This document shows positions 22,903 to 36,077 of a stretch of DNA of 64,000 nucleotides, one piece after another (position 1 is the first letter of the stretch; every line of letters starts with the position of its first letter). The DNA is taken from the NCBI RefSeq assembly GCF_964204645.1, contig NC_134027.1, positions 15,470,485-15,534,484 on the forward strand, written 5' to 3'. The translations under genes were made by a program, and so were the position numbers. This DNA is from Tubulanus polymorphus (taxonomy: Eukaryota > Animalia > Nemertea). The notes beneath the pieces were generated by a model. It was given only the letters and a program-made list of their open reading frames with translations, had not been told where the DNA came from and did no database searches.

Positions 22903-22999
22903 AGTATGAATGCCATACTTACAGTTGCAGCAAAGACCCTAGGTTTGCACTCAATTTTGGATATTGTGGTTGATCTACGGTATGAAATCACATCAAATA

Positions 23000-25490
23000 T
23001 TGACACAATGATGGTCTCGCAAATGGAGCAAGTTGTATTGTAAAAAAACTCATTATTTATCCAATAACCCAATTCCTGCCATTATGTGGGTCAAATTTAA
23101 AGAAGATAAAATTGGTCTCAAGTGGAAATCTAATCATGCTTAACTCTATGGCAGTAATATCAATAAGTCATGGATCCCCATTTTACCTGTGTCTAGACAA
23201 TTTCTAGTTGGCCGAAATTCAACTGCAACTGTCGTTCAGAAACAGTTTCCATTGAGACTATCTGTAGCCAAAACTATCCATAGAACCCAGAGCGAAACTA
23301 TGAATACGATTGTTGTAGACTTTTCTGGAGCAAAGATTGATCATATTCACTATGTTGGACTTAGTAGGTGTAAAGAAACCAGCAGTGCAGTCGCAATGGA
23401 CATGTCCAGGTTACGCAACTCGCAACAATTACAAATAAGCCAAGAATTCTTTTACAAGACAAAAACATATCTTTCACATTTATGTTTCAAAATGTGAGAT
23501 CTTTAATGGTTCATTTCTAAAATATTGTTGCCGATTCGGCATTGACAGAATCATTAGTGGCAGCATTTACTGAAACAAAACTTAAACCTAGAACTAAGGA
23601 AAATTTTGATTTGCATGATTATGCTCTTTTGAGAAACGATTTATCAAGCAGTTTCTGTCATGGAACAGCTATGTTTGTTCACTCCTCACTCTCAGGTAAC
23701 GATTTCAGAATCTTGATTGCACATCAAGTTGAACTCGCATTTATACGTTTGGATAAATATAAGTCATTGTGCTATGGAATTAACATTTTGACCGTTCACC
23801 AAAGGTATCATTTGCTGACCTATTACAATCTCTTGAAGCTGTAAAAAGAATGTTTCTACATGATGTTTCTATTATTGTGTATGGAGATTTTAATACGGAT
23901 GCTGTAAAGGAAAACAATTTCGAATATGAAATTTTGAGAAATTACATGTCTGAACTAGGGGTCCAGGGACACCATGCCCACATGGGAAGTGGTTTCAAAT
24001 GCTCAACAATCTAACAATTTCAATACATATTGCCCCCTAGTGACCATATACAAAAACCAATGACCATGAAACCCACCACAATCATAGAACTTGTCAGCAG
24101 CTATGATTTTGTAATTGATTGTGATAACAAAATATGCCTTGTTACCAATTTAATAGGGACATACTAATAGGGACATAAGTTATTCTACTATTCAACGCCC
24201 CCTGGTGACCATATGCAAAACCCAATGACCTAAAAACTCACCACAATCGTAGTTGACATACAACTTTGCAATTGATCATGGTAACAAAATATGCCTAGGT
24301 ACCAATCTAATAAGGAAATACTAAGCTATTCTACTATTCAACGCCCCCTGGTGACTATATGGAATAACTCATGTCCTTAAAAACTTACCACAATCATAGA
24401 CGATGTCATGAACTACAACTTTGCAATTGATCATGGTAATAAAATATGCCTTGGTACCAATCCAATAAGGAAATGCTAAGTTAACTTACTTTTCAACGCC
24501 CCCTGGTGACCATAAAGAATAACTAATGTCCTTAAAACTCACCAATATCATGGAAGATGTCGTGAGCTGCAACTTTGCAATTGACTGTGGTAACAAAATA
24601 TGCATAGGTACAAATATAATATAGAAATACTAAGTTATTGTATTATTCAACGCCCACTGGTGGCCACATACAAAATCAATGACCTTGAAACTCACCAAAA
24701 TCATAGGACACGTTATGGGCTACAGCTTTCCAATTGAATGTAGTAATACAATATGCTTAGGTATGAATTTAATGTAGAAAAACTTTTTCCCACCGACGAA
24801 TGAGTACTGATGACACCAAGATGGCCGCCAATTGTGTCATCATTGGCTGAACAAAAATACCTGTCTCAGGTATAAAACATCCCTTTCCAAAGAATACCCA
24901 TCACAAATTGCAATGAGAAATGGCAAACCTGTAGGAAGCTACAAGACCTAGAATTCTGGCCAAAATTGACATTTTTGGGCACTAAAAAGGTCATAGGACG
25001 GCCATCTTGAGTCAGGTCAACCCAATTTTTCTTATGCTGATGGGCCCTTCGTAGATTCAAATACAAACCAAAGATCAAGGTAATTGATCAAAGCGTCTTC
25101 AAAATTTCCCTCAAAAACTTTGAAAATGTTTAAAAAGTGCTGATTATGGCGAACAACAATGGCTGCCAGTCGGCCATCTTGAATCTGACATGGCCAGTTT
25201 TGGGGCTGAAGATGTGTCTAGGGTAGATACATGTATAAACCAAATAGCAAGACATAACCTTGAAGCGTCTTCAAAACTTCCCAAAATAACTGGAAGCCGT
25301 CTACGGACGGACGACGGACGAAAAGTGAACGCAATAGCCCGCTGGGACTAAAGTCCCAAGTGGGCTAAAAATGGTCATGCAAGCAATTCAAATATCAGAT
25401 AACCACTGATTATGGTTCAGCACTTGATCATCTCTATACAAATTTGATTGATATAAACTATGGAATATTGGAACATCTCAACTTATTTGA
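23000..25490 (+). pseudogene. Helentron-type remnant: PIF1 helicase C-terminus plus APE-like endonuclease, interrupted at 23953-25371
   Basis: QFPLRLSVAKTIHRTQ...HYVGLSR, then FTETKL and YGDFN; TTDYGSALDHLYTN resumes after the insertion. Confidence 0.7.
23953..25371 (-). mobile_element. Non-autonomous Helitron/HINE-like element with ~150-bp internal tandem array
   Basis: Minus-strand 5' end TTTTTAGCCCAC with a hairpin and a (GTCC)n tract; 3' end ...CCCCTAGTT. About five internal repeats at ~24020-24780. Ends are shared with 34948-35507 and 63612-64000. Confidence 0.8.
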
Positions 25491-25494
25491 CATA

Positions 25495-25601
25495 CAGTGG
25501 AACCTAATTACAACTAACTTCAAAGGACCAGAAAATCGTTATTACCATGGTTCATTATATCCAGTATGAAAATAATAGTTCGTTATACCCAGTTTCCACT
25601 G
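25495..25601. mobile_element. Tc1/mariner-pogo type MITE
   Basis: TA|CAGTGGAA...TTCCACTG|TA. Confidence 0.65.
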
Positions 25602-26940
25602 TATATCAAAGATCCTAATGTTGATTAATTGATGCGTGTTTTATTTATGCAGAAGGGTATGTTTATATTGCATCTTTTTCTGATTTTCCAGATGATACCC
25701 ATTAAATCATTATTCAAGTCGTCAGCTAGAAAGCCATATGACCTGGTGAAAGGTGTCATAATCAAGAAAAAGCTTATTGATTAAAAGATGGTCATTAGTA
25801 GACAACTCGGAAGCAGTCAAGTGCATCACATCGGAACCAGCCCATTTTCATGAGATAACAATCGATGATGTAGTGACAATATCTAACTTTCTATATGGTA
25901 GAACAGTTTTGCTTTTAACGAAATCTACAAAAATTTCTCAAACATAGGGATCTTAATACCTGACGATGTCCGCACAAAAGCAATTAATCTGATAGAGCCT
26001 GCACCACCATAGAACATCAGGCCATAAAACGTCAGCGAGTCATCTAAGCTGGTATCATTTACCGCTATTGTGGATCAGGTGAGTGATTTCTCTTTCAGTT
26101 CATATTAAGTCACTGAAAGTGGCTATTGGCAGCAGTTTGATTCTGCTAGATCATTGATGAGATTTGAGATTTTTCCATTATGCCTTGTGGGTTAGTTAAT
26201 TGGATTACTGCATGATCCACTTGCTTAATAAGTTGTTTATTTGTTTGATCTATTTATTGTAATTGATGGCAATTGTGAAATATAAGTCAATTTTGAAAAA
26301 AAAGGATTGATTATGAATGGAACTCTATTTCTTGTAGGACAAACAGCCGAAGAATGTCTCTTCTCCGTCTAAAACTAATACTACAGTAAGAAATATAGTC
26401 CTGACTGATACTTCTGGTGAGAAGCTATGAGCTATGGGAGCATCTGGCAAACGAGCAATTTACTTCAGGAGATCGTATCAGCTTAACATCTATGACATTA
26501 AAGCAAGATAGTTTTCACAAAGAATTAGTGCTTAAACAAACAAAACTATCCACTGTTACGGTAAGTACAGTTGTCAGTTTGATCCAAAGATAATACCATC
26601 ATTTGTCAACATATAACATGTATTTTTGCATTAAACAACCATTCAAAGCTCTCTTGTTTGCAACGTAGAAAATAAGATCAAAAGAAAATAAGAAATTCAT
26701 GATTTTGACAAAGTCAATTCTAGCTGCCACAAAATTGTATAGGTTTCAATAGTGACAACCAGGAATTGATCATATATCCACCCTACTCTAAAAAGAATAA
26801 TTAAGCCTACTGGTATCGGTGTTGTTTGATTAATTACTTTGTTTATATGCCTTGTCATGTATGCATCAGTCCGATTGTCTCTGTGTGGTAATCAATGGAC
26901 ATCAATAGACATTTAAGCTATTAAAAACGATCATTGAAAC

Positions 26941-27634
26941 TAAAGTCTATCCCAGAAGTTATGACCGCGGTGCATCAAAGAGTTGTTACACTAACATATC
27001 AGGATCCCTGTGGTTTCTATCACTCAGCCTTACGAGTAATTGAGGTCAAGCGACTACTGCATTCAAGAGTGAATAATATACCATCAACTGGCCATTCATT
27101 AAAGGATATAAAATTCCAATTTTTATAATTTTACAAAATCCTTTCTTGGATTTTTAGTTTCATTTTGGGAATAATCATGTCATGTGGCAAATTCAATCTG
27201 ATTGATTTTGTACATCTATTAACTCCTCAGAGTGTGAGCATATATAATCTGGAATCATCTCATGAGTCGAGTGGTGTTGTTTTGCTTGAAACACCATCTA
27301 AATATAATCTTTCAACTTGGAAATTGGTTTTGACACTTCATAATGTAAACACTGACTTCAGCATCCAGCGAAAATATTCACTCTCGAATGCAACAAGACT
27401 TCAAAACTGAATTTTCATCGCTTATTACTTCATTTTCTTGGATTAAGTGTGGAAAAGTTTTGCTCTTTATTAACTCTTGCCTGTAACCATAGCAACAAGC
27501 AGCTGGGGTCCAGCGAGTCAGTGATGCTCATGGTGAGTTTGACCACTTAAAGCTGTCAGTATCAATTAAATTGTTGTTGATACTGGCTCTTTGAGAGTGA
27601 AATGCCGCGGTCATAACCACTGGGATAGACTTTA
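26941..27634. mobile_element. Non-autonomous TIR element
   Basis: TAAAGTCTATCCCAG..GTTATGACCGCGG at the left end and its reverse complement at 27604-27634. Confidence 0.65.
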
Positions 27635-30103
27635 TTATACCAGTGAGAATTAAGAGCACTGTCTTTTCCAATTCATAAAATTTGCAATAAAACTTTGATC
27701 ACTATTTCTCTATTTCTTGTAACCTGAAAATACTAAGTTGATACTAAGTATATTCGCCATTAGTCAAGGTCAATATTTTAAAGATATTAAGTTGGGTGTT
27801 GAAAATTCGACTTATTCCCCAGCTTTTACAGTACACTAGAAACTTGGTGATTAAGCACTTTATTTATGCATTGATAATTGATGTAAAATCTGTTGATACC
27901 TTTGATTGCAGGTCCTTCCTCCAGAGATCAGAGCTATCTTTGCAAAGATGCTTGGAATTGAAGAAGAACCTCAGGAAAAATACACGATTACAGCTCTTCC
28001 TGCTGATGGTCAAGCACATTACATGTATGTAAACAAACATTGCACACAATATGTGGGTTAGAGGCGTACGATGTAATAACTAGAGATCAACTCCTACTAC
28101 AATTATGCTCTCTTCCACTGACAAATTATGCCATACAAGGTAATATTGAAAATGACATTTGCATCCTGGATGTAGATTATCATAGAACTAATTATCAATG
28201 ATATTGAATGATATGGTTAAGATGAAATCAATCCTGCAGTTGATACCCATATGTAACACAGCTGCATTGAAATACCAGTTGTGTCAATTTTTTTTCGGAA
28301 TGATTTTAAGGACAGCCTATTGCTTTACAAATGGAGCGAATTTAAATGATTTAGTGTTCACTGCAACTGAGCATATATTCATGCAGATCATGCATTCAAG
28401 CATCCATTCTCCAATTTCTAGAAAAAAAAATTTTGAAAGAGGGCCTTGTTAAAATTTACAGGAACTGGAAACGCAAAAATCCAATCAGAGAGTGATATCT
28501 CTTCTGATTAGATGCTTCTATTGCAAATTCAATCAAATTTCATTCTGCAAGAAAACATCTTATTCAATATTATCAAACAAAATACATCCAATTTTTTCTT
28601 TTGAAATGTTTTACGACTAAATTCTCTGATTTATAACAATTTTAACTAATTGAATAATTAGTTAAAATTGTTATAAATTCTACCCATCTTATGGTCCTAC
28701 TATTCTAATCTTTCACAACATAAATAGGTCTAAACTTCAGTAGCCATGCATAACCCCGGTTACACATCCAGCCCTCTTTGACATTTAGGCAAGGAATACT
28801 GTTTTCTCGTGTATTGAATTGTATCTAACTTGAATGGTATATCATTCAATCTTTTACCTATAGGTTCTGAACTTATTGGCAAAGAAGACGATGACGACCA
28901 TGATGAAGAAGCATAAGATCTGATGATGACTTTGGTGCATATGAAGTCGATGTTTTGCTTCATGGAGAAAAACTATTAATATGGTTAGATCTGCCTTTTT
29001 CAAAGATTTTATGTTTTTTCATCATGTAATCATTTTTGACTGTTAGGTACCATGTGTCATGTGGTTTATAATGATTTGTATAAATTTAACGTTTTACTTC
29101 AGTCAGAAAAACCATTAACCTGGTTGTACCTGAATGTGCCTTTTTCATCCTTGTAAGGAAGTCATTTTGTTTTATTTCTTTATCATCTTGTAATATTTGA
29201 CTGTAGGGAGGTTTATATGAGGTTATTATGTACAGAAGTGATAAGGGTCTTCATTTCGACATATATCATGACGTTTTGATAGTTTTGACATTTTCATTTT
29301 ATCGACCATTTTCAAGACAAGGCGTCATTCATGACAACTCAAAACTAAGCTGTCATCATATTTCTGGTGGCTTCACCTTATATTTCGTCATGTCATCAAA
29401 TATTGATTTTTCACAAGGGAAATGGTTGACAAAACTGTCAAAAGATTTTTTCTTTTTTTTGTTAGTCATTTTTGACTGTTGGATACCATGTGTCATGTGG
29501 TTTATAATGATTTGTGTTGATGATAAAACAATAATCGCAATGATGAAGCAGCATTACGGTCAGATGACAATTTTGACAATATCTGCTTTTCCAGCTTGTA
29601 AGATATTATGTACGTGGATAAGGAGATAATTGTTATTTCTTTGTCGTGAGGTAATTAATAATAATAATAATAATGATAAGTGTTGATAGATACAATTTTT
29701 AGTCCACAGCCAATTTCACATTTTTGTTTATTATACGTGAAGTGCATTACATTATTGAGTTTAATTAGATATCAGTTTCTATTCTCACCATCTAAATACA
29801 ATAATTATTGTCACATATGTGATATGGGTACGATTCATTTACTTAGAAAGTCATCTTTTGCCCAGCCGTCCAAGGAGGATGCATATGTCATGCATGTGAG
29901 AAGATTTATTTTTTAACATTTCGAAAATCTTTTATCAATAAACTTAGATACTATGATTTCATAATTTTTGTCTTAGATTTTCCTTTTTGTCTCATAAGGT
30001 GGCATTAAAACTTCTTTGGTATGAAAACTCCATTTCTTGTTCATCTGAACTTTTTATGCACCAGCTGAGAAATAAGAAGGCTTATACCTTTCAAGTTAAT
30101 TAA

Positions 30104-31096
30104 CCCTTACAATACCACTACCGTATGGCATACGGTACAAATTGACAAGCTAGCATACCCGTACCATATGTGATACGGTATCACTTAACCCTTCATCTAG
30201 AAGGGCATATCTATCAGTGTCAGCCGGTGCTGCAATCTGCATAAAATCAAAGATGGCAACAGCCAGGAAAAAACAATTTGGCTGGATGAAACGGTTCAGC
30301 AGCTCGTATATGATGCTGACAGTGATGCTGGTGACTTGGAATTTGGTAGTGAACAAATTGAGAGTGACAACGAATATGACAGCAGCAGTTCAGATGATGT
30401 GTCAGAAAGTAGGTTTATAGTGCCAGCAATGATTTTGATGATGAAAATGAAATCAGTGACAATTTTTTAGACCCTGTTGATATGGTTGTCATGGCAACGG
30501 ACACCAATAACAATAATGAAGAACCAGAAACTGTCCATCTTCAAGGTCACATATATTCAAATAATTTGTCTTATTTGTAAGCCCAATGGTTATCAACACC
30601 ATGGTATACAATGTATCAGTGTCAAATACATAGGTAAAAATTTTCTGAGGCCTGAAATTATACCCCAATGAAACCCCTTACATCCGGCCTTCCGACATAT
30701 CGGTGGAGAAGTTGGTAAATGAGTGGAAAAATAAATTTTTCTGGTTGTTCTATTGCTTTGAAATTTTTACTACATAAAGTAAGGATATATGGCATACAAT
30801 TTCAGTTGGAATTGAATAGATCAGTGCATTTTTCTGGGAGACAGAGCAGTTTATCGGAAACTTTTTCGTGAATTTCTTTCATGGCGGCCATCTTGGAGTA
30901 TGTGACCTTGACCTAAAGTTCACTTATATCCAAATTATTTATGTCTAAATTGTTGGCCCAAAAGTTATCAACAACATGCTACATAAATTTTCTGTGTCAG
31001 ATACCTTGGTAACTATCCTATGAAGTTTCAAATATAACCCTATGAACCCCTAAATTCCCTCCGGTACAGCAGTGGCGCTATGTGGTATTGAAAGGG
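30104..31096 (+). mobile_element. piggyBac-like deletion derivative
   Basis: TTAA|CCCTTACAATACCAC ... GTGGTATTGAAAGGG|TTAT. An acidic coding relic lies near 30250-30410. Confidence 0.65.
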
Positions 31097-33482
31097 TTAT
31101 ATACGACAAAAATGACAGCTACAGTCAATACCATACACCCCCATTTTACATCAGGTCTGGCCATGCCTATGAAAAAAAGAAAATTTACTTTACCACAAAT
31201 GACGTCATTGATATTACATATTGCACATCAGTTTTGTAAAATTCGTATCTTCTTATTCGCATTCTCTAGAATATTATAAATGGATTGAAAAAAGTAAAAT
31301 ACATGTGCAATCAAATCATAAATTTTCACAACTTTGGCAATTTTGGTCTAGAAATTTAAACATAGATCTTTTCATCTCTATAAATTTCCCATTAGATGAG
31401 CTGCATGAATCAGGATTTGTGCTTAAAATGGACCATTTAAGTTTGGACGCTCCGCGTGACGTCACTACGCGCGATGATCAAAACAAACATTTGCGCGATG
31501 AACTTGAACTTGAACTTAAATTTATTGCTCCGTATATAACATTTATACATAGGGTATTTATTGCTCCGTATATAACATTTATACATAGGGTAAGACATGC
31601 AATAAATTGACAAAACATTGACATATGACATTAAATAAGAGCAGAGATTCAATAATGGCAGTGTTTTAATGGGACTCGAACCCAGTGGCGCCGCGGTTAC
31701 GGTTAGTTACTCGGCGGAGTAAAACCTGTTTCAGTTGGCTTTGTTCCCGGCGTTCCGTTTGCTATTATTCAAGGTAGGTTGTACACGTTATAAACAGATT
31801 AAATGATGAAAGGTATGTCAAGTGACATGAACGAAACGCACGTTTCTTGAATGGCCAGGTATGACAATGGAATTTATGGAAATTGACTACCTACAATTTC
31901 AAGACAAATTCCAATTCAAATTTATTAAAAATAGTACAGCGAAGTACTTGCCTAACGGCTCTTAGTGATTTAAATCCATAGGTCCAGTTCAATTAAGCAA
32001 GCTGCTTCTTGGAGAATACAATTGGCAATAGGCCTCCATAATCAAATTTCAAGTCAATACAAAATAATGCATTGAATATTGAATTGCTGACAGTAGTGAG
32101 CCAGTTGTCATAGTCAGTGTCCCCTACAAATCCCGATATATATTATTAGGCTTAGTGAAGTGAGATCCACATGAGCACATTCCCATCCTTTAATCAGTTA
32201 ACTAAAATGATTAGTTTCTAAAACAAAAAAAGTTCCCATCCTAATTCAGCATGCTCACTCAGTGAAATGCAAGCAATGGGAGACCAGGCCTCGAATTTGG
32301 GAAAATCACACCTGGAGCAAGAGCATTTAATTTTACCAAAAATACATAAAGAGGAAAAATGTACAACTTTTTTCCTGAAAAACTGGGGTTTTTCAATAGG
32401 CTATCATTTCATTGTCCGAATAGCTACATGCGTAATATTGGTATCAATTAAACCAGAAGATTCTGAACTAAGCGTTGATGTTTGTTTGTTTGGTTTGTAT
32501 TAATTGAAACAGCAAGTTTTGTATAAAGCTTAAATGAAAAAGTGTTCTTTTAGACTTTTTACTTGTAAGATTCACTAGCATTTCACCGAGCACTCAATTC
32601 CATGCAGCGCTGCTAGATGTCAGCAGTTTGCAGAATCAATTAGTATCCGATGGTCATATCCGTTTTTTCCAATCGAGGAAAAGACTATGTGACACATTTC
32701 TACTTGAAAAACATCTTGTTCTGTTTCTTCACAGAAAACCCTATTGAAATTCGCGTGATTATTATTTTTTTTTTTTCCCTTTTCCACATAGTTTTTGTTA
32801 AAAGTGTAAAGGCTTCCTTACCTTACCGCTGTCGCCGATACAATCCGTATGATGTCCTTCAGCTCACTTCAATCTCCAGATACTGCATGGGAATTTTGAT
32901 AAATCCACGTTATAAAGGCACTGTCGAGCCGTAAACATCGGAAATTTGGCTCCATTCAATTAGTAGCCATGTTGTGTTTTCTTACCGATATTTCTCTCTT
33001 CTTTTCGAGGAAGAGCTATCGAATTATTCCCTCTCTTCTCCACAATCAATTTCAAAGTCAATTTTATGAATTTATTGCTCAGCGGGTCCGAGTCCAAGAG
33101 TTTACGAGTCCGGCGTTCGCGTGTCTGACAGGTTTACGGGCGTTTGTTTGTTACCTCTTTAATATTTTTGATTTCTTGTTATTCCGGTTATTTTATTTAA
33201 GTATATTGCTGATCAGTTCATGTAACCAAAAGCGTCAATAAACAGACTTTGAATTGATCAAGTTTAAATCAAGGTCGTTGAGTCGCGGAAGGCTACTAGA
33301 ATTACGTTCGTCTTCGTCTCAGAGAGAAAACAAACGACAGAAAAGTATCAGGTGATTATCGATGGCCTACAACGGTACACACAGTTGACAAACAGTGTTA
33401 GGCCTGTGCCGGTTGGTGCGTACTGGGACTAAATATACTGGTTGGTCAGTTGGTTTGGTTGTGAAGTGTGGAAGCTAAGATT

Positions 33483-33892
33483 GTGACTGTACGGTGATAT
33501 CCACAGGTGAACCGTACGTGAGTTCCCTACTTACGCCGTACGTGAGTTCCTAGTAAACAATACCATTTTAAGTACGAAATTGTAACGCGTACGTGACTGT
33601 ACGGTGATATCCACAGGTTAACCGTACGTGAGTTCCCTAAAAACGCTGTACGTGAGTTCCTATAATCTGCAAACGCGCATGCGTAAAAGAATAGAGTTTG
33701 GGTTAGGTGAGGCTAGGCTATTTGTAAATCAAATTTCATCCACCCACCAGTTACGTTCTGTGGCACAGTGGGTAAATCACTGGACTACTACTGGATTTTT
33801 TTTTCGTTTGGTTTCGAATCCCAATATTGCAAGTCTGAGCGTCAACATACTCACATATGGCTAACCTGTAGAAATCACCGTACAGTCACGTA
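33483..33892. repeat. Small TIR element with duplicated left arm and internal tRNA-like A/B boxes
   Basis: GTGACTGTACGGTGATATCCACAGGT occurs twice direct and once (imperfectly) inverted near 33865-33890. GTGGCACAGTGG and GTTTCGAATCC lie at 33760-33821. Confidence 0.5.
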
Positions 33893-34947
33893 CAGGTAAC
33901 AACAGCGTTTTAAGTATTAAGTGAGTACGACAAGCCTACCATGCCTATGTAGGCCTACTACAAACACAACTTTTTCCCTCTCGTTGGCCCTACAGTGATG
34001 TTACTATAACTGGTGCCATTATAATATGGATAGGATTTGGTCAGGACTAGCCTAAAGTCTAATTCAGTCTATGTACTAATTCACTCGATAGGCCTATTTT
34101 TAAAACAATACAGTGAAATATTCACACGCAGAAAGGCTAATTGATTTGAGCCATGTGATTAAGTTTGGCCAGGCCTTCTCTGACCTGCTGACATTAATAG
34201 TCAAACCAAAACGTTCATGTGGTCACGGCTTGTATTACCAGAAATCATTGTAGGCCTGTACATTTTGCTGTTCGTAGGTTTGGTATACCGATTTCTCCAT
34301 TCTTGACTGATAAGTGTACGGTACAGCTGTACGCATTATATAATTCTTCCAATGGGAATAGGGCCTATTGATTGGGCTTATTATTTCCTGCTTTAGAGTA
34401 CTGAAATAAACCTAATGTTCATTCAAATATCCAACATCGGTGAAAGTTTGATTAATACCGTATACATGTACTGTAGGTTTTCATGTTGTATGAATATTTT
34501 GCAGTTCAAATGGGTATGATGCTAAATTCCAATGTCAAACGCATGAAGTTAGATGGTCAAGGACAGTCAACACCAAGATATCTCTCTTCGACCGATGTTG
34601 TACCATAGAAGATCTGATTCTTTCAACTCAAGGAAAGTGATTCAACACGATGGACATAACACTGGAATAGGTTTGCAGTAACTAACCGTTCATTTCATTT
34701 AGTCCTATGTACTTTTTAGCCAATTTGGATTTGATTGTAATTGAAACTCTGGAACTGTTAACAAAAGACAAGTAAGACAAGTTGAAAAAACACAAGTTAT
34801 GCTTGATTCTCATGTTCAAATTTATTTTATTACATCATATTTACAAAGCATATCATTGGTTCATACAGTAATAAAAATTAGGGCAGAACAAATATTATTA
34901 CAGAAACTCCAAAAAGGCAATGGATTTCTATGACTAAATGAACATTA

Positions 34948-35507
34948 TTTTTAGCCCACTTGGGACTTTAGTCCCAGCGGGCTATTGCGTTCACTTTTCG
35001 TCCATCGTCCGTCCGTAGACGGAAATCAGTTATTTTAGGAAGTTTTGAAGACGCTTCAATGTAATGTCTTGATATTTGGGTTTCACATGTATCTACCCTA
35101 GACACATCTTCAGCTCAAAAACTGGCCCTGTCAGAATCAAGATGGCCGACTGGCAGCCATTGTTGTTCGCCAAAATCAACACTTTTTACACATTTTTGAA
35201 CTTTTTGAGGGAAATTTTGAAGATGCTTTGATCAATTACCTTGATCTTTCTGATATATGTGAATGCCCCTGGGCCCATCAGCATAACAAAAATTGGGATA
35301 CGGACTCAAGATGGCCGTCCTATGACCTTTTTTAGTGCCCAAAAATGTCAGTTTTGGCCCGAATTCTGAGTTTGCCATTTCTCATTGCAATTTGTGATGG
35401 GTATTCTTTGAAAAGGGATGTTTTATACCTTTGATACCTGAATTGTTAGATTGTTGAGCATTTGGAACCACTTCCCAAGTGGGCATGGTGTCCCTGGACC
35501 CCTAGTT
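34948..35507 (+). mobile_element. Array-less copy of the non-autonomous Helitron/HINE
   Basis: Reverse complement of both ends of 23953-25371, lacking the internal repeats. Confidence 0.8.
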
Positions 35508-36077
35508 CTAATAACTCAGATCAAGAGTGACTCTCCCATTTATTAGGAAACACACGCAACTAGTGGAATAGGTTTGATTTACACACATGTTGCAGGTATC
35601 AATTGTTTATCACTGTAGAATTTGTAATCCATAAAAGCCAAAATCAACATCAGCCGGAAACCCAGACCAAATAAATTCATAATTTATTGATTGAATCTAC
35701 ACTACAATATATGTATTTATTCAAATATTTCAGTAAAAACATTAACTTCTTAAATCTAATCTATTCTAAATCATAATACGTTCTTATCTGTGAATTCACT
35801 CAATCTATCGGCTCAGCAGGTGCTTAAGATGAGTTCTTAATAGGACAGATCCATTTTTAAGGATGGTGATAATACAGTATCATGATGTTTGAATGCCAAA
35901 ATAAGTGCCTGGTCAAATATATTAATATTTGTGATTGTACGTCCACGTATGTTCGGTTTCAAAGCTGAATTATATTTGACGTTTACACAGTGGTTGCATA
36001 TTAGGTTCGAATCTGTCAATGCATTTTATTCTATGTATCGATTATATTTCAATTCACTACAATTCCCATCATTCTGA

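Noticed and set aside
31500-31592. (GAACTT)n plus a 2x~37-bp direct repeat as a regulatory element
   Set aside because: Looks like a retroelement tail on the minus strand with a local duplication; no further support.
25600-35000. Short ORFs as host genes
   Set aside because: Mostly non-ATG starts, no domains and no consistent exon chain; the region is decayed repeats.
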